Sequence record: MW269952.1
Length of the DNA stretch: 64,000 nucleotides
Strand: one strand, 5' to 3'
Source: Escherichia phage P479
Positions 16,955-25,354 of the stretch are shown one piece after another; within the stretch, counting starts at the first letter, position 1; each line of letters begins with the position of its first letter. A model generated the notes under the pieces. It was not told the DNA's origin and did not search any database. It saw only the letters and a program-made list of their open reading frames with translations. A program made the translations under genes and the position numbers.

Positions 16955-18279
16955 TTAAATTTGAAGACTTGAACACAGGACAAAAAGAAGCTTTTGATTA
17001 TATCACTGAAGCTATTCAGCGACGTTCAGGGGAATGTATCACTCTGAATGGTCCAGCTGGTACAGGTAAAACTACTCTGACAAAATTTGTCATTGACCAT
17101 TTAGTGCGTAATGGAGTTATGGGAATTGTGCTTGCTGCACCAACTCACCAGGCGAAAAAAGTTTTATCTAAATTGTCTGGTCAAACAGCGAATACAATCC
17201 ATAGTATCTTGAAGATTAACCCGACCACATATGAAGACCAAAACGTTTTTGAACAGCGCGAAATGCCTGATATGTCAAAATGTAATGTTCTGGTTTGTGA
17301 TGAAGCGAGTATGTATGACGGGTCTCTGTTTAAGATTATTCTTAACTCTGTTCCTGAATGGTGTACTATTCTTGGGATTGGTGATATGCACCAGCTGCAG
17401 CCAGTTGACCCAGGAAGCACACAACAAAAGATAAGCCCATTCTTTACGCATCCTAAGTTCAAACAGATTCATCTGACTGAGGTCATGCGAAGCAATGCTC
17501 CTATCATTGAAGTGGCGACAGAAATTCGTAATGGTGGCTGGTTCCGTGATTGTATGTATGAAGGTCATGGCGTACAGGGGTTTACCTCACAAACCGCTTT
17601 AAAGGATTTCATGATAAACTATTTCGGTATTGTAAAAGATGCTGATATGTTGATGGAAAACCGGATGTATGCTTACACGAATAAATCAGTTGAAAAACTG
17701 AACAATATTATTCGTCGCAAGCTCTATGAAACGGATAAAGCATTTTTACCGTATGAAGTCCTGGTTATGCAAGAGCCGCACATGAAAGAGCTGGAATTTG
17801 AAGGCAAGAAATTCAGCGAAACCATTTTTAATAATGGTCAGTTGGTTCGCATCAAGGATTGCAAATACACTTCCACCATTCTCCGTTGTAAAGGGGAATC
17901 ACACCAGTTAGTGATTAATTACTGGGACCTGGAAGTTGAGTCAATTGATGAAGATGAAGAATATCAGGTTGACCGCATCAAAGTTTTACCAGAAGACCAG
18001 CAACCAAAATTCCAGGCATATCTGGCTAAAGTTGCTGACACATACAAACAGATGAAAGCCGCTGGTAAACGTCCAGAGTGGAAAGACTTCTGGAAAGCTC
18101 GCCGGACCTTCTTGAAAGTTCGTGCTCTTCCGGTCAGTACAATCCACAAGGCCCAGGGCGTTTCAGTGGACAAAGCATTCATCTATACTCCATGCATCCA
18201 TATGGCCGAAGCTTCATTAGCGAGCCAGTTGGCTTATGTTGGAATCACACGAGCGAGGTACGACGCATATTATGTATAA
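16951..18279 (+). CDS. dda: Dda DNA helicase (SF1)
   Basis: 442 aa; Walker A GPAGTGKTT; T4 Dda is 439 aa. Confidence 0.9.
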   Translation: MIKFEDLNTGQKEAFDYITEAIQRRSGECITLNGPAGTGKTTLTKFVIDHLVRNGVMGIVLAAPTHQAKKVLSKLSGQTANTIHSILKINPTTYEDQNVFEQREMPDMSKCNVLVCDEASMYDGSLFKIILNSVPEWCTILGIGDMHQLQPVDPGSTQQKISPFFTHPKFKQIHLTEVMRSNAPIIEVATEIRNGGWFRDCMYEGHGVQGFTSQTALKDFMINYFGIVKDADMLMENRMYAYTNKSVEKLNNIIRRKLYETDKAFLPYEVLVMQEPHMKELEFEGKKFSETIFNNGQLVRIKDCKYTSTILRCKGESHQLVINYWDLEVESIDEDEEYQVDRIKVLPEDQQPKFQAYLAKVADTYKQMKAAGKRPEWKDFWKARRTFLKVRALPVSTIHKAQGVSVDKAFIYTPCIHMAEASLASQLAYVGITRARYDAYYV

Positions 18280-18511
18280 GGTACATAAAGAAGATTTAGA
18301 TAATCTTATCTATGGTATTCAGGACGCGGTTGAATTTTTCGAAGATAATCCGACTATCGTCGTGCAGGGTAATTACGTTTTACTGGAACTGAATCTTATT
18401 CGGAAACGTATGGCCGCGATTGAATATTTTAACAATGAAGAGCCAGGGATTTTTATCTCCGACTATGTTGCTGGCGAAATTCAGAAATTAAAAGAGATGT
18501 GCGATGATTGA
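18272..18511 (+). CDS. hypothetical protein (79 aa)
   Basis: In-frame ATG overlapping dda stop. Confidence 0.45.
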   Translation: MYKVHKEDLDNLIYGIQDAVEFFEDNPTIVVQGNYVLLELNLIRKRMAAIEYFNNEEPGIFISDYVAGEIQKLKEMCDD

Positions 18512-19187
18512 TGCTATTATTGACTTTGAAACTCTGGGAAACGGCTCGAAGGGAGCCGTTATTGACCTGGCTCTGATTACATTCGAATCTGACCCTGCTA
18601 TTGTAGAATCATTCGAAACTCTGGTTAATCGCGGCAAACGCATTAAGTTCAGCCTTGAATATCAAAAAGGTAAGCGGCTGTTCGACACAACAACTATGGG
18701 TTGGTGGAAAAAGCAATCAGCCGAAGCACGTGTTAACCTGGTCCCTTCTGCGCAAGATGTTGATACTTTAACTGGTATCCAACAGGCGATTGACTATCTG
18801 AATGGTAATGGAATTAACAAATATGAAAGCCTTATGTGGTGTCGTGGAATGTCTTTTGACTTCCCGTTATTTGTTGACCTTATCCGTGACCTGCAGCGCA
18901 ATGAGGGCATTCCCGAGCGTGAATTGAATACCTATAACCTGGAGCCGGTTGTATTCTGGAACCAGCGAGATATCAGAACCGCAATCGAAGCCCTGTCACT
19001 CGTCCGTAAAATGTGTGAAACTCCATTACCAAAGGGGACTTTAGATGGATTCGTGGCACACGATTCGGTGCATGACTGCGCGAAAGATATTTTGATGTTG
19101 AAGTATGCCCAGCGCTATGCTCTTGGTTTAGATGAAGTTCCTTCCGAAGAAGATGCAGACCCATTATCTTTGCCGAAAAAACGATAA
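18504..19187 (+). CDS. dexA: DexA exonuclease A
   Basis: 227 aa (same as T4 DexA); DnaQ-like DFETLG start; follows dda. Confidence 0.85.
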   Translation: MIDAIIDFETLGNGSKGAVIDLALITFESDPAIVESFETLVNRGKRIKFSLEYQKGKRLFDTTTMGWWKKQSAEARVNLVPSAQDVDTLTGIQQAIDYLNGNGINKYESLMWCRGMSFDFPLFVDLIRDLQRNEGIPERELNTYNLEPVVFWNQRDIRTAIEALSLVRKMCETPLPKGTLDGFVAHDSVHDCAKDILMLKYAQRYALGLDEVPSEEDADPLSLPKKR

Positions 19188-19254
19188 AAAGTAGTGTACA
19201 AGGCCAATGGAAAGAGACATAATCATCTCATCAACTACTGATGAGGATAACAAA
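19187..19254 (+). promoter_or_regulatory. early promoter cassette
   Basis: AAAAGTAGTGTACA; CATAAT 19218-19223; box CATCAACTACTGATGAGGATAACAAAATG. Confidence 0.6.
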
Positions 19255-19512
19255 ATGATTACTTCTTTTGAAATTGGCCAACAATATGAAATGTCTGCTC
19301 TTCAAGCTGCTGAAGCAGGTCTGACTAAAGCGTTTGAATGCGCATTTACAAATATTCGTGGTAAAATCTTTACTGTCAATAAAATTGCGGTATATGATAA
19401 AGAAACAGACATGAACAAAGGCATCTACCTGAACGTGTCAAATGCAAAAGGTCGTCGTGAAATTATGGTTGTACAACCTAATCAACTGGCGATGTTCAAT
19501 AAGGTTGCATAA
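19255..19512 (+). CDS. hypothetical protein (85 aa)
   Basis: ATG after conserved leader; track start 19207 lies inside the promoter cassette. Confidence 0.5.
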   Translation: MITSFEIGQQYEMSALQAAEAGLTKAFECAFTNIRGKIFTVNKIAVYDKETDMNKGIYLNVSNAKGRREIMVVQPNQLAMFNKVA

Positions 19513-20267
19513 TGAAACCAGAATTTATTGACTTTGATGTTGTAAGTATGTATGTTCGCCCAATTAAACCATTAAAACTTGAGAAACAAAATATGACTAT
19601 TGAAATTAACAAAACTTATCAACTGATTGAACCTATTATTCAAAACGCAGCTATGGTTTCTGGGTATAATACTCTGGCTGATGCTTTAGGTGAAGGTGAA
19701 TTTATTGTTGAAACTTTTGTAAAAAGTAACTGGTTTGATAAAGCATATATTCTGCATGCACGTCGCCTTGATACAAATGAAGTAGAAAAAATTATGGTTT
19801 ATGAAGCTGAGATTGAACTCTTCAAAGAAGTTGAAGAAACTCCTATCAAAGTTGGTAAAACCTACCAGCTTATTGAAGATGATAGTCAATTTGGAAAGAC
19901 TGTCGCAATGCATGCTGGTTGGCGGGTACTGAAAGGTATTTTTGGATTTACTCCATTTACCGTTAAAACAGTTAAGTACCACAATCACCAAAGCATCTTT
20001 GAATTTACTGCAGTCAATGAATCAGGTGACAATCTTGAAGCTATCCTTTATCCGCGTGAATCTGTACTGCTGGAAGAAGTTAGCGAACTGGGCGACCCTA
20101 TTGACTTGCTATGTAAACCAGTTCAAATCAAACGCCCATTTAACAGTTCCATTTGTGGTTGGGTAACAGACCAGTGGATTGAAGATGGTGTTGAACTCCT
20201 GAACGTTGTCCATGCTGGTGAATTTACTGTTGTACCACGTTCCATGGTTGTTGAAATTTTTAATTAA
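19512..20267 (+). CDS. MotB-related protein with internal duplication (251 aa)
   Basis: C-terminus GWVTDQWIEDGVELLNVVHAGEFTVVP matches the C-terminus of the next ORF; internal repeat KTYQLIE. Confidence 0.5.
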   Translation: MKPEFIDFDVVSMYVRPIKPLKLEKQNMTIEINKTYQLIEPIIQNAAMVSGYNTLADALGEGEFIVETFVKSNWFDKAYILHARRLDTNEVEKIMVYEAEIELFKEVEETPIKVGKTYQLIEDDSQFGKTVAMHAGWRVLKGIFGFTPFTVKTVKYHNHQSIFEFTAVNESGDNLEAILYPRESVLLEEVSELGDPIDLLCKPVQIKRPFNSSICGWVTDQWIEDGVELLNVVHAGEFTVVPRSMVVEIFN

Positions 20268-20274
20268 ATTTAAA

Positions 20275-20318
20275 GTGTACAAACTCATGGGGTCAGAGTA
20301 TAATGACCCCACTGGAGA
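20275..20318 (+). promoter_or_regulatory. early promoter plus stem-loop cassette (44-bp repeat copy 1)
   Basis: AGTGTACAAACTCATGGGGTCAGAGTATAATGACCCCACTGGAG; -10 in hairpin loop. Confidence 0.65.
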
Positions 20319-20346
20319 ATAAACTTATTAATCAAGAGAGAAAATT

Positions 20347-20838
20347 ATGAAAGTTGAAGAAGGTGATATTGTACGTGTTTCTAAAGAATCTCGTTCTAAA
20401 GCTGCTGGTCGTTTTGTTGAGGTTGTGAGTCTTCGCACTAATTTAGTAGGTGGAATTAAAGAAGTTAAAGTGCGTATTATTCCTAAACATGGTCATGCTG
20501 AAACTCAATTGGCTTATGTACATCCTAAATTCCTGGAATCAACTGAATTTACTGGATACATCGCTCCAGTAGTTGAAGAAGTTGAAACCATCGACCAGTC
20601 TCATGTTGGGGTTGATTTTAAATGGAAATTAGGTAAAGGTGTCTTTTTCGTTTCACCTAAACCGTTTGAATACAATTGCATGTACGGTCCGACTTATGAA
20701 ACCACTAGTATGTCCGGTTACATCACCGACCAGTGGGTTGAAGAAGGTGTTAAGCTGTATAATATCGTGTTCCTTGGAACCTTTAAAGTAGTTCCTGAGA
20801 GCTTTATCGTTGAGTATGCCGATATTCATTTTGCCTAA
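20347..20838 (+). CDS. motB: MotB-like protein
   Basis: 163 aa (T4 MotB 162 aa); N-terminal KOW-like GDIVRV; position between dexA and 39. Confidence 0.5.
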   Translation: MKVEEGDIVRVSKESRSKAAGRFVEVVSLRTNLVGGIKEVKVRIIPKHGHAETQLAYVHPKFLESTEFTGYIAPVVEEVETIDQSHVGVDFKWKLGKGVFFVSPKPFEYNCMYGPTYETTSMSGYITDQWVEEGVKLYNIVFLGTFKVVPESFIVEYADIHFA

Positions 20839-20839
20839 A

Positions 20840-20884
20840 TTATAAAATAATGATAGGGTTTGCCCTATCATTGAGGAGAATATT
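20840..20884 (+). promoter_or_regulatory. stem-loop plus RBS cassette
   Basis: TGATAGGGtttgCCCTATCA (8-bp stem) then TTGAGGAGAATATTATG. Confidence 0.45.
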
Positions 20885-21109
20885 ATGTTTAATGAAGATT
20901 GTGTGACCACTTCCCTGACCGCTGAAGAGTTTTGGGAAACCGCTGAAAGTGATAAAGTGATTGTGAAGAAAAACATCAATGAATTTCTTTGTACCACTGA
21001 TATCATTTATGTGTATGCGTATGAAGGTGCGGAATTACCTAGCTATGCATTGTTCCGCGAAGAATCAGAAGATGGTACAGATTTCTGGAAGGAGACTTAT
21101 AATGTCTAA
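20885..21109 (+). CDS. hypothetical acidic protein (74 aa)
   Basis: ORF after stem-loop and RBS GAGGAGAATATTATG. Confidence 0.5.
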   Translation: MFNEDCVTTSLTAEEFWETAESDKVIVKKNINEFLCTTDIIYVYAYEGAELPSYALFREESEDGTDFWKETYNV

Positions 21110-21473
21110 ATTTGAAACTGACAAGTGGTATTATTTTAAAGATAATGTTGCTGAAAGCAGATTCCGTTTGTTATGCACAGATAATGATAATATAGCTGAT
21201 GCTATAATCAATGGCGAGGGATTTAGACCAGTCAGAATTGAAGGCGGTGATGTGTATAAAATGGAATTATCAACTGGTGAATTTGTGAGCCTATTCATAA
21301 AGGAAGATGAATTCCGTTTCTTTGAAGAAGAAAAAGATGGCGATACTGAAGATGAATGCGAAGACGCAGCTCCATCTGAGCCAAGCGAATTCCCTTTGAC
21401 TAAAATCACCATTTCTAATAACTCTGAAGCCTGGACCGTTTACCAGATGTTGAAAGCACACTTTAAGGAATAA
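21102..21473 (+). CDS. hypothetical protein with acidic tail (123 aa)
   Basis: In-frame ATG at 21102 overlapping previous stop. Confidence 0.5.
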   Translation: MSKFETDKWYYFKDNVAESRFRLLCTDNDNIADAIINGEGFRPVRIEGGDVYKMELSTGEFVSLFIKEDEFRFFEEEKDGDTEDECEDAAPSEPSEFPLTKITISNNSEAWTVYQMLKAHFKE

Positions 21474-21474
21474 C

Positions 21475-21651
21475 ATGCCACTTTATGACTATAAATGCCA
21501 ATCCAATGACTGCGCGAAAGAATACGAAAAAATCAAGAAAATCTCTGAAAGAGATAATGATGTTTGCCCTGATTGCCATCGGCTGGCTGTTCGGTTAGTC
21601 TCGGCTCCTAAACATGTTAATGGTGGTTTTTACGACCTGCTGACTAAGTGA
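21475..21651 (+). CDS. FmdB-like zinc-ribbon protein (58 aa)
   Basis: MPLYDYKC...C and CPDC pairs; hand-translated; below track cutoff. Confidence 0.5.
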   Translation: MPLYDYKCQSNDCAKEYEKIKKISERDNDVCPDCHRLAVRLVSAPKHVNGGFYDLLTK

Positions 21652-21657
21652 GAAATT

Positions 21658-21918
21658 ATGAAGTACATTAATCGTTCTATTGCAGCGCTGGTTCTGGCAG
21701 TTTCATTGGCTGGCTGTACTGATACAGATAATGCTATTCGTGTGTTAGATGCAAACGGCTATGAACAAATCCAAATCACCGGATATAACTGGTTCTCTTG
21801 CGGTAAAGATGATTTCCAACATACAGGCTTTACGGCCGTGGGTCCAACTGGTAAGAAAGTTGAAGGAACTGTTTGTTCTGGTTTGCTATTCAAGAACAGT
21901 ACCATCCGATTTGAATAA
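21658..21918 (+). CDS. putative lipoprotein
   Basis: Signal peptide with lipobox LAGC; terminator follows. Confidence 0.55.
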   Translation: MKYINRSIAALVLAVSLAGCTDTDNAIRVLDANGYEQIQITGYNWFSCGKDDFQHTGFTAVGPTGKKVEGTVCSGLLFKNSTIRFE

Positions 21919-21936
21919 GGCCTTCGGGCCTTTTTG
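21917..21936 (+). terminator. intrinsic terminator
   Basis: AAGGCC-TTCG-GGCCTT then TTTT. Confidence 0.7.
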
Positions 21937-21981
21937 CTTTAAAATATGTGACTTATAATACCTCCATACACAAGAGGAAAG

Positions 21982-22782
21982 ATGATGATTAATGAAGTAT
22001 TCGGGATAATAAAAAATAAATTTCCTGATTATATTCCACCATCGAGTGGAAATAGTGGGATTTATATAATTTATAATTTAATATCTCAAAAATATTATAT
22101 AGGAAGTTCAAATGATTTTCATCGTAGAATTGCCACGCATTTTCGGAATTTATCCAAAGGTGTTGGCATAAACAGCCATTTACAGTTTGCATATGACAAA
22201 TACGGTAAAGAATCATTTGTATGCGAACTAATAGAAAATATAGAAGTTTATAATAAAAAATATTTCTTGAAAAGAGAAAGTTTCTGGATAACTGAATTAA
22301 ATTCTATCAAAAACGGTTATAATATAACGTTGGCGGATTTTGGTGGTGACACAATGTCCAATCATCCAAGAAAAGCGGAAATTAATTTACTTAAAGGCGA
22401 AGCCGTTAAAAAACGGAATAAACTGTTAGATAAAACCGAATATAATAGAATATATGGAACTGGTGTTAAAAGAAAGCCATACCCCGATGATTTTGGTTAT
22501 AATGTCTCCCTGCGTAAAGCAGGCGAAAATCATCATTTCTTTGGCAAACATCTTTCTCTTGAACACAAAGATAAATTATCAAAATTATTCTCTGGTGGTA
22601 AAAATCCCGAGGCTAAAACGTACTCTATAAATGGGGTCATATTCACAACCCGAAAAGAAGCCGCCGAAGTTCTTGGTATTAGTTATCCTACATTACGAAA
22701 ACGCTGCAAATCCGATGATGTAAAATGGTCCAGTTGGAAATGTTTAGGTTATACTAAAAATTTAGAGGTCAAAAATGATTAA
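21982..22782 (+). CDS. GIY-YIG homing endonuclease (Seg-like)
   Basis: GIYIIYNLISQKYYIGSS; AT-rich; basic C-terminal DNA-binding region; overlaps start of gene 39 by 8 nt. Confidence 0.8.
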   Translation: MMINEVFGIIKNKFPDYIPPSSGNSGIYIIYNLISQKYYIGSSNDFHRRIATHFRNLSKGVGINSHLQFAYDKYGKESFVCELIENIEVYNKKYFLKRESFWITELNSIKNGYNITLADFGGDTMSNHPRKAEINLLKGEAVKKRNKLLDKTEYNRIYGTGVKRKPYPDDFGYNVSLRKAGENHHFFGKHLSLEHKDKLSKLFSGGKNPEAKTYSINGVIFTTRKEAAEVLGISYPTLRKRCKSDDVKWSSWKCLGYTKNLEVKND

Positions 22783-24607
22783 GAATGAAATTCAAATCCT
22801 TTCTGATGTAGCTCACGTAAAAGCTCGCCCATCAATGTACATCGGTAGTGTTACCAATGAAGACAAAGAAATTTTTCTGTTTGGTGAATATAAAAAGGTT
22901 CAATACGTTCCAGGTTTAATTAAATTAATCGAAGAAATTGCAAATAACTCTATTGATGAAGCTATTCGCACCAATTTTAAATTTGCAAACAAAATTTCAT
23001 TGAATATTGATATCAAAACAAACGAAGTGACCGTTGAAGATAATGGTCGAGGCATTCCACAGGCGATTGTTGTAACCCCAGAAGGCGAAGAAATTCCTGG
23101 GCCGGTCGCTGCATGGACCAAGGTTCGTTCGGGTGGAAACTTTAGTGATGATGCAAATCGTGTTACCACTGGGATGAACGGAGTGGGGTCCAGTCTTACC
23201 AACATTTTTTCAATATTGTTCACAGGCACCACATCAGATGGGAAAAATGAATTAACCGTTAATTGTTCAAATGGACTTGATAATATTTCATGGAAATCAA
23301 AACCATCAAAGTTGCAAGGAACTAAAGTTAAATTTATTCCGGATTTTTCGAATTTTGAAACGTCTGGTTTTGACGAAACATATGTCCAAATTATGCTTGA
23401 CCAAATCCAGACTCTTGCAGTCATTTATCCGGATATCGAATTCAAGTTCAATGGTAAAAAAGTGCAAGGTCACTTTAAAAAATATGCCAAGCAATACGAT
23501 GATGAAATCATTATTCAGGAACAAGATAATTGCTCAATTGCAATTGGTCGGTCACCCGATGGTTTCCGTCATGTGACTTATGTTAACGGAATCCATACAA
23601 AAAATGGTGGTCACCATATTGAATGTGTTATGGATGAAATGTGTGATGTGTTAATCCCGGCGATTAAACGCAAGTATAAAATTGAAGTAACCAAAGCACG
23701 CGTTAAAGAATGTATTACATTGTTGATGTTTATTCGCAATATGAAGAACATGCGATTTGATTCCCAGACCAAGGAGCGATTGACTTCTCCGGCTGGCGAA
23801 ATCAAATCACATATCCAGGTTGATGGCAAAAAGTTAGCTGGTTCGTTGTTAAAATCAGAAGCTGTTCTGATGCCTATTATTGAAGCTGCATTAGCCCGTA
23901 AATTGGCTGCAGAGAAAGCAGCAGAGACTAAGGCAAATAAGAAAGCTTCAAAGGCCAAGGTACAAAAGCATATCAAGGCCAACGAATGGGGCAATGATAA
24001 GCTGGAAACGACTCTATTCCTGACCGAAGGGGATTCTGCAACTGGTCCATTTATCAAGGTTCGCGACCGTGAATTGCAAGGTGCTTATCCATTACGTGGT
24101 AAGTTTAAAAACACATGGGGTTTGAAAGCGGTTGACGTTATGAAGAACGCTGAAGCCTTTGATGTGTGTGCAATTACTGGATTAACGATTGGACAACCAG
24201 CCGAGAATATGAATTACCGAAACATTGCTATCATGACAGATGCGGATGTGGATGGCGTCGGTAGTATCTATCCATCGTTATTGGCGTTTTTCAGTAACTG
24301 GCCAGAGCTGTTCCATGAAGGGCGAATTCGCTTTGTGAAAACTCCTGTTATTATTGCACAGCTCAAAGATAAACAAGAATGGTTCTATTCTCTTCCTGAC
24401 TATGAAGAAGCTAAGGATAAACTTCCGAAGCACACCATCCGATATATCAAGGGGCTTGGTTCTCTGGAAGATTCCGAGTACAAACGCGTATTGCTCGAAC
24501 CAGTATTCGAAGTTGTTCAATTACCTGACAACTGGAAAGAACTGTTTGAAATGTTATTCGGTAAAGATTCCCAGCAGCGTAAAGACTGGATGAATGCGAC
24601 GCTATAA
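22775..24607 (+). CDS. 39: DNA topoisomerase II large subunit, gp39 with gp60 region fused
   Basis: 610 aa; GHKL ATPase (IDEAIRTNF, GRGIP) plus TOPRIM (LTEGDSA) in one ORF. Confidence 0.9.
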   Translation: MIKNEIQILSDVAHVKARPSMYIGSVTNEDKEIFLFGEYKKVQYVPGLIKLIEEIANNSIDEAIRTNFKFANKISLNIDIKTNEVTVEDNGRGIPQAIVVTPEGEEIPGPVAAWTKVRSGGNFSDDANRVTTGMNGVGSSLTNIFSILFTGTTSDGKNELTVNCSNGLDNISWKSKPSKLQGTKVKFIPDFSNFETSGFDETYVQIMLDQIQTLAVIYPDIEFKFNGKKVQGHFKKYAKQYDDEIIIQEQDNCSIAIGRSPDGFRHVTYVNGIHTKNGGHHIECVMDEMCDVLIPAIKRKYKIEVTKARVKECITLLMFIRNMKNMRFDSQTKERLTSPAGEIKSHIQVDGKKLAGSLLKSEAVLMPIIEAALARKLAAEKAAETKANKKASKAKVQKHIKANEWGNDKLETTLFLTEGDSATGPFIKVRDRELQGAYPLRGKFKNTWGLKAVDVMKNAEAFDVCAITGLTIGQPAENMNYRNIAIMTDADVDGVGSIYPSLLAFFSNWPELFHEGRIRFVKTPVIIAQLKDKQEWFYSLPDYEEAKDKLPKHTIRYIKGLGSLEDSEYKRVLLEPVFEVVQLPDNWKELFEMLFGKDSQQRKDWMNATL

Positions 24608-24610
24608 ATA
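24603..24610 (+). promoter_or_regulatory. late-promoter motif TATAAATA at the gene 39 stop
   Basis: Exact TATAAATA overlapping the gp39 stop, upstream of ORF 24650. Confidence 0.4.
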
Positions 24611-24613
24611 GAT

Positions 24614-24629
24614 GTGGGAGAATATTCTC
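24614..24629. other. perfect 16-bp palindrome just after the gene 39 stop
   Basis: GGGAGAATATTCTCCC. Confidence 0.5.
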
Positions 24630-24649
24630 CCGTCTTATAGGAGAAGTCC

Positions 24650-24802
24650 ATGAAAAAGTGGTGGGTTACGTTGTCAAATGGCGAATACGGTTATCTGTGG
24701 GCCGATACTAAACCTTTGTTTGCATCCTTTGTCACCATTATGTGCGAGACCTGGGATGGCGAATACTATACCGCATATGGGCAAGTCTATAAAGTTGAGT
24801 AG
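24650..24802 (+). CDS. hypothetical protein (50 aa), possibly late-expressed
   Basis: RBS AGGAGAAG; exact TATAAATA at 24603; terminator follows; hand-translated. Confidence 0.4.
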   Translation: MKKWWVTLSNGEYGYLWADTKPLFASFVTIMCETWDGEYYTAYGQVYKVE

Positions 24803-24805
24803 CCA

Positions 24806-24829
24806 AAAGGACCTTCGGGTCCTTTTTTA
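24806..24829 (+). terminator. intrinsic terminator
   Basis: AAAGGACC-TTCG-GGTCCTTT then TTTT. Confidence 0.75.
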
Positions 24830-24831
24830 TT

Positions 24832-24878
24832 ATGTACAAGCCATAAAAATTGTGTTAAGATGTCCTTGAGGTGAAAAT
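24832..24878 (+). promoter_or_regulatory. early promoter
   Basis: TGTACA 24833-24838, 17 bp, TAAGAT in GTTAAGATGTCC; same -10 variant as at 15100. Confidence 0.5.
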
Positions 24879-25163
24879 ATGATTATGTCCGACGGAAGTT
24901 TAGTTAATCTGCAGAATGTTGCACGTTGTATTATGGAAGCTGGTCTGAGGAAGGTGCAGGAGCTCCCAGATAGCGACAGGAAGCGAAGTTACTTGTTAGC
25001 TGTAAGAACAGCAGCCATGAGCATTAAGGCTGGCCAGAAGGTCCCTGAGGAGCGAATTGAAGCACTCCTTGCATTGATATACCATGACCAAGAACATAAA
25101 GCTACCATGCGTAGTATGAGAAAAATATTACAGGAGATTGGAAATGACGAACTTCAAAGTTAA
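24879..25163 (+). CDS. hypothetical protein (94 aa)
   Basis: ORF. Confidence 0.5.
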   Translation: MIMSDGSLVNLQNVARCIMEAGLRKVQELPDSDRKRSYLLAVRTAAMSIKAGQKVPEERIEALLALIYHDQEHKATMRSMRKILQEIGNDELQS

Positions 25164-25347
25164 TATGGAACTGTTTGATAAAGCTGTTCATAAAGAATAC
25201 CGCGTTATCCAACGATTTTTTGATATAAGAGAAGCTGAAGAGTTTAAAGAACGCTTCAAAGAAATCCGTATTAAAATAGCTTCAGACACCGCAACAAAGG
25301 ATGAACTTCTTGAAGTTGCAGAATTAATCAAACGTAACATAAAGTGA
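25138..25347 (+). CDS. hypothetical protein (69 aa)
   Basis: ORF overlapping the previous one. Confidence 0.45.
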   Translation: MEMTNFKVNMELFDKAVHKEYRVIQRFFDIREAEEFKERFKEIRIKIASDTATKDELLEVAELIKRNIK

Positions 25348-25354
25348 GAAAAAC

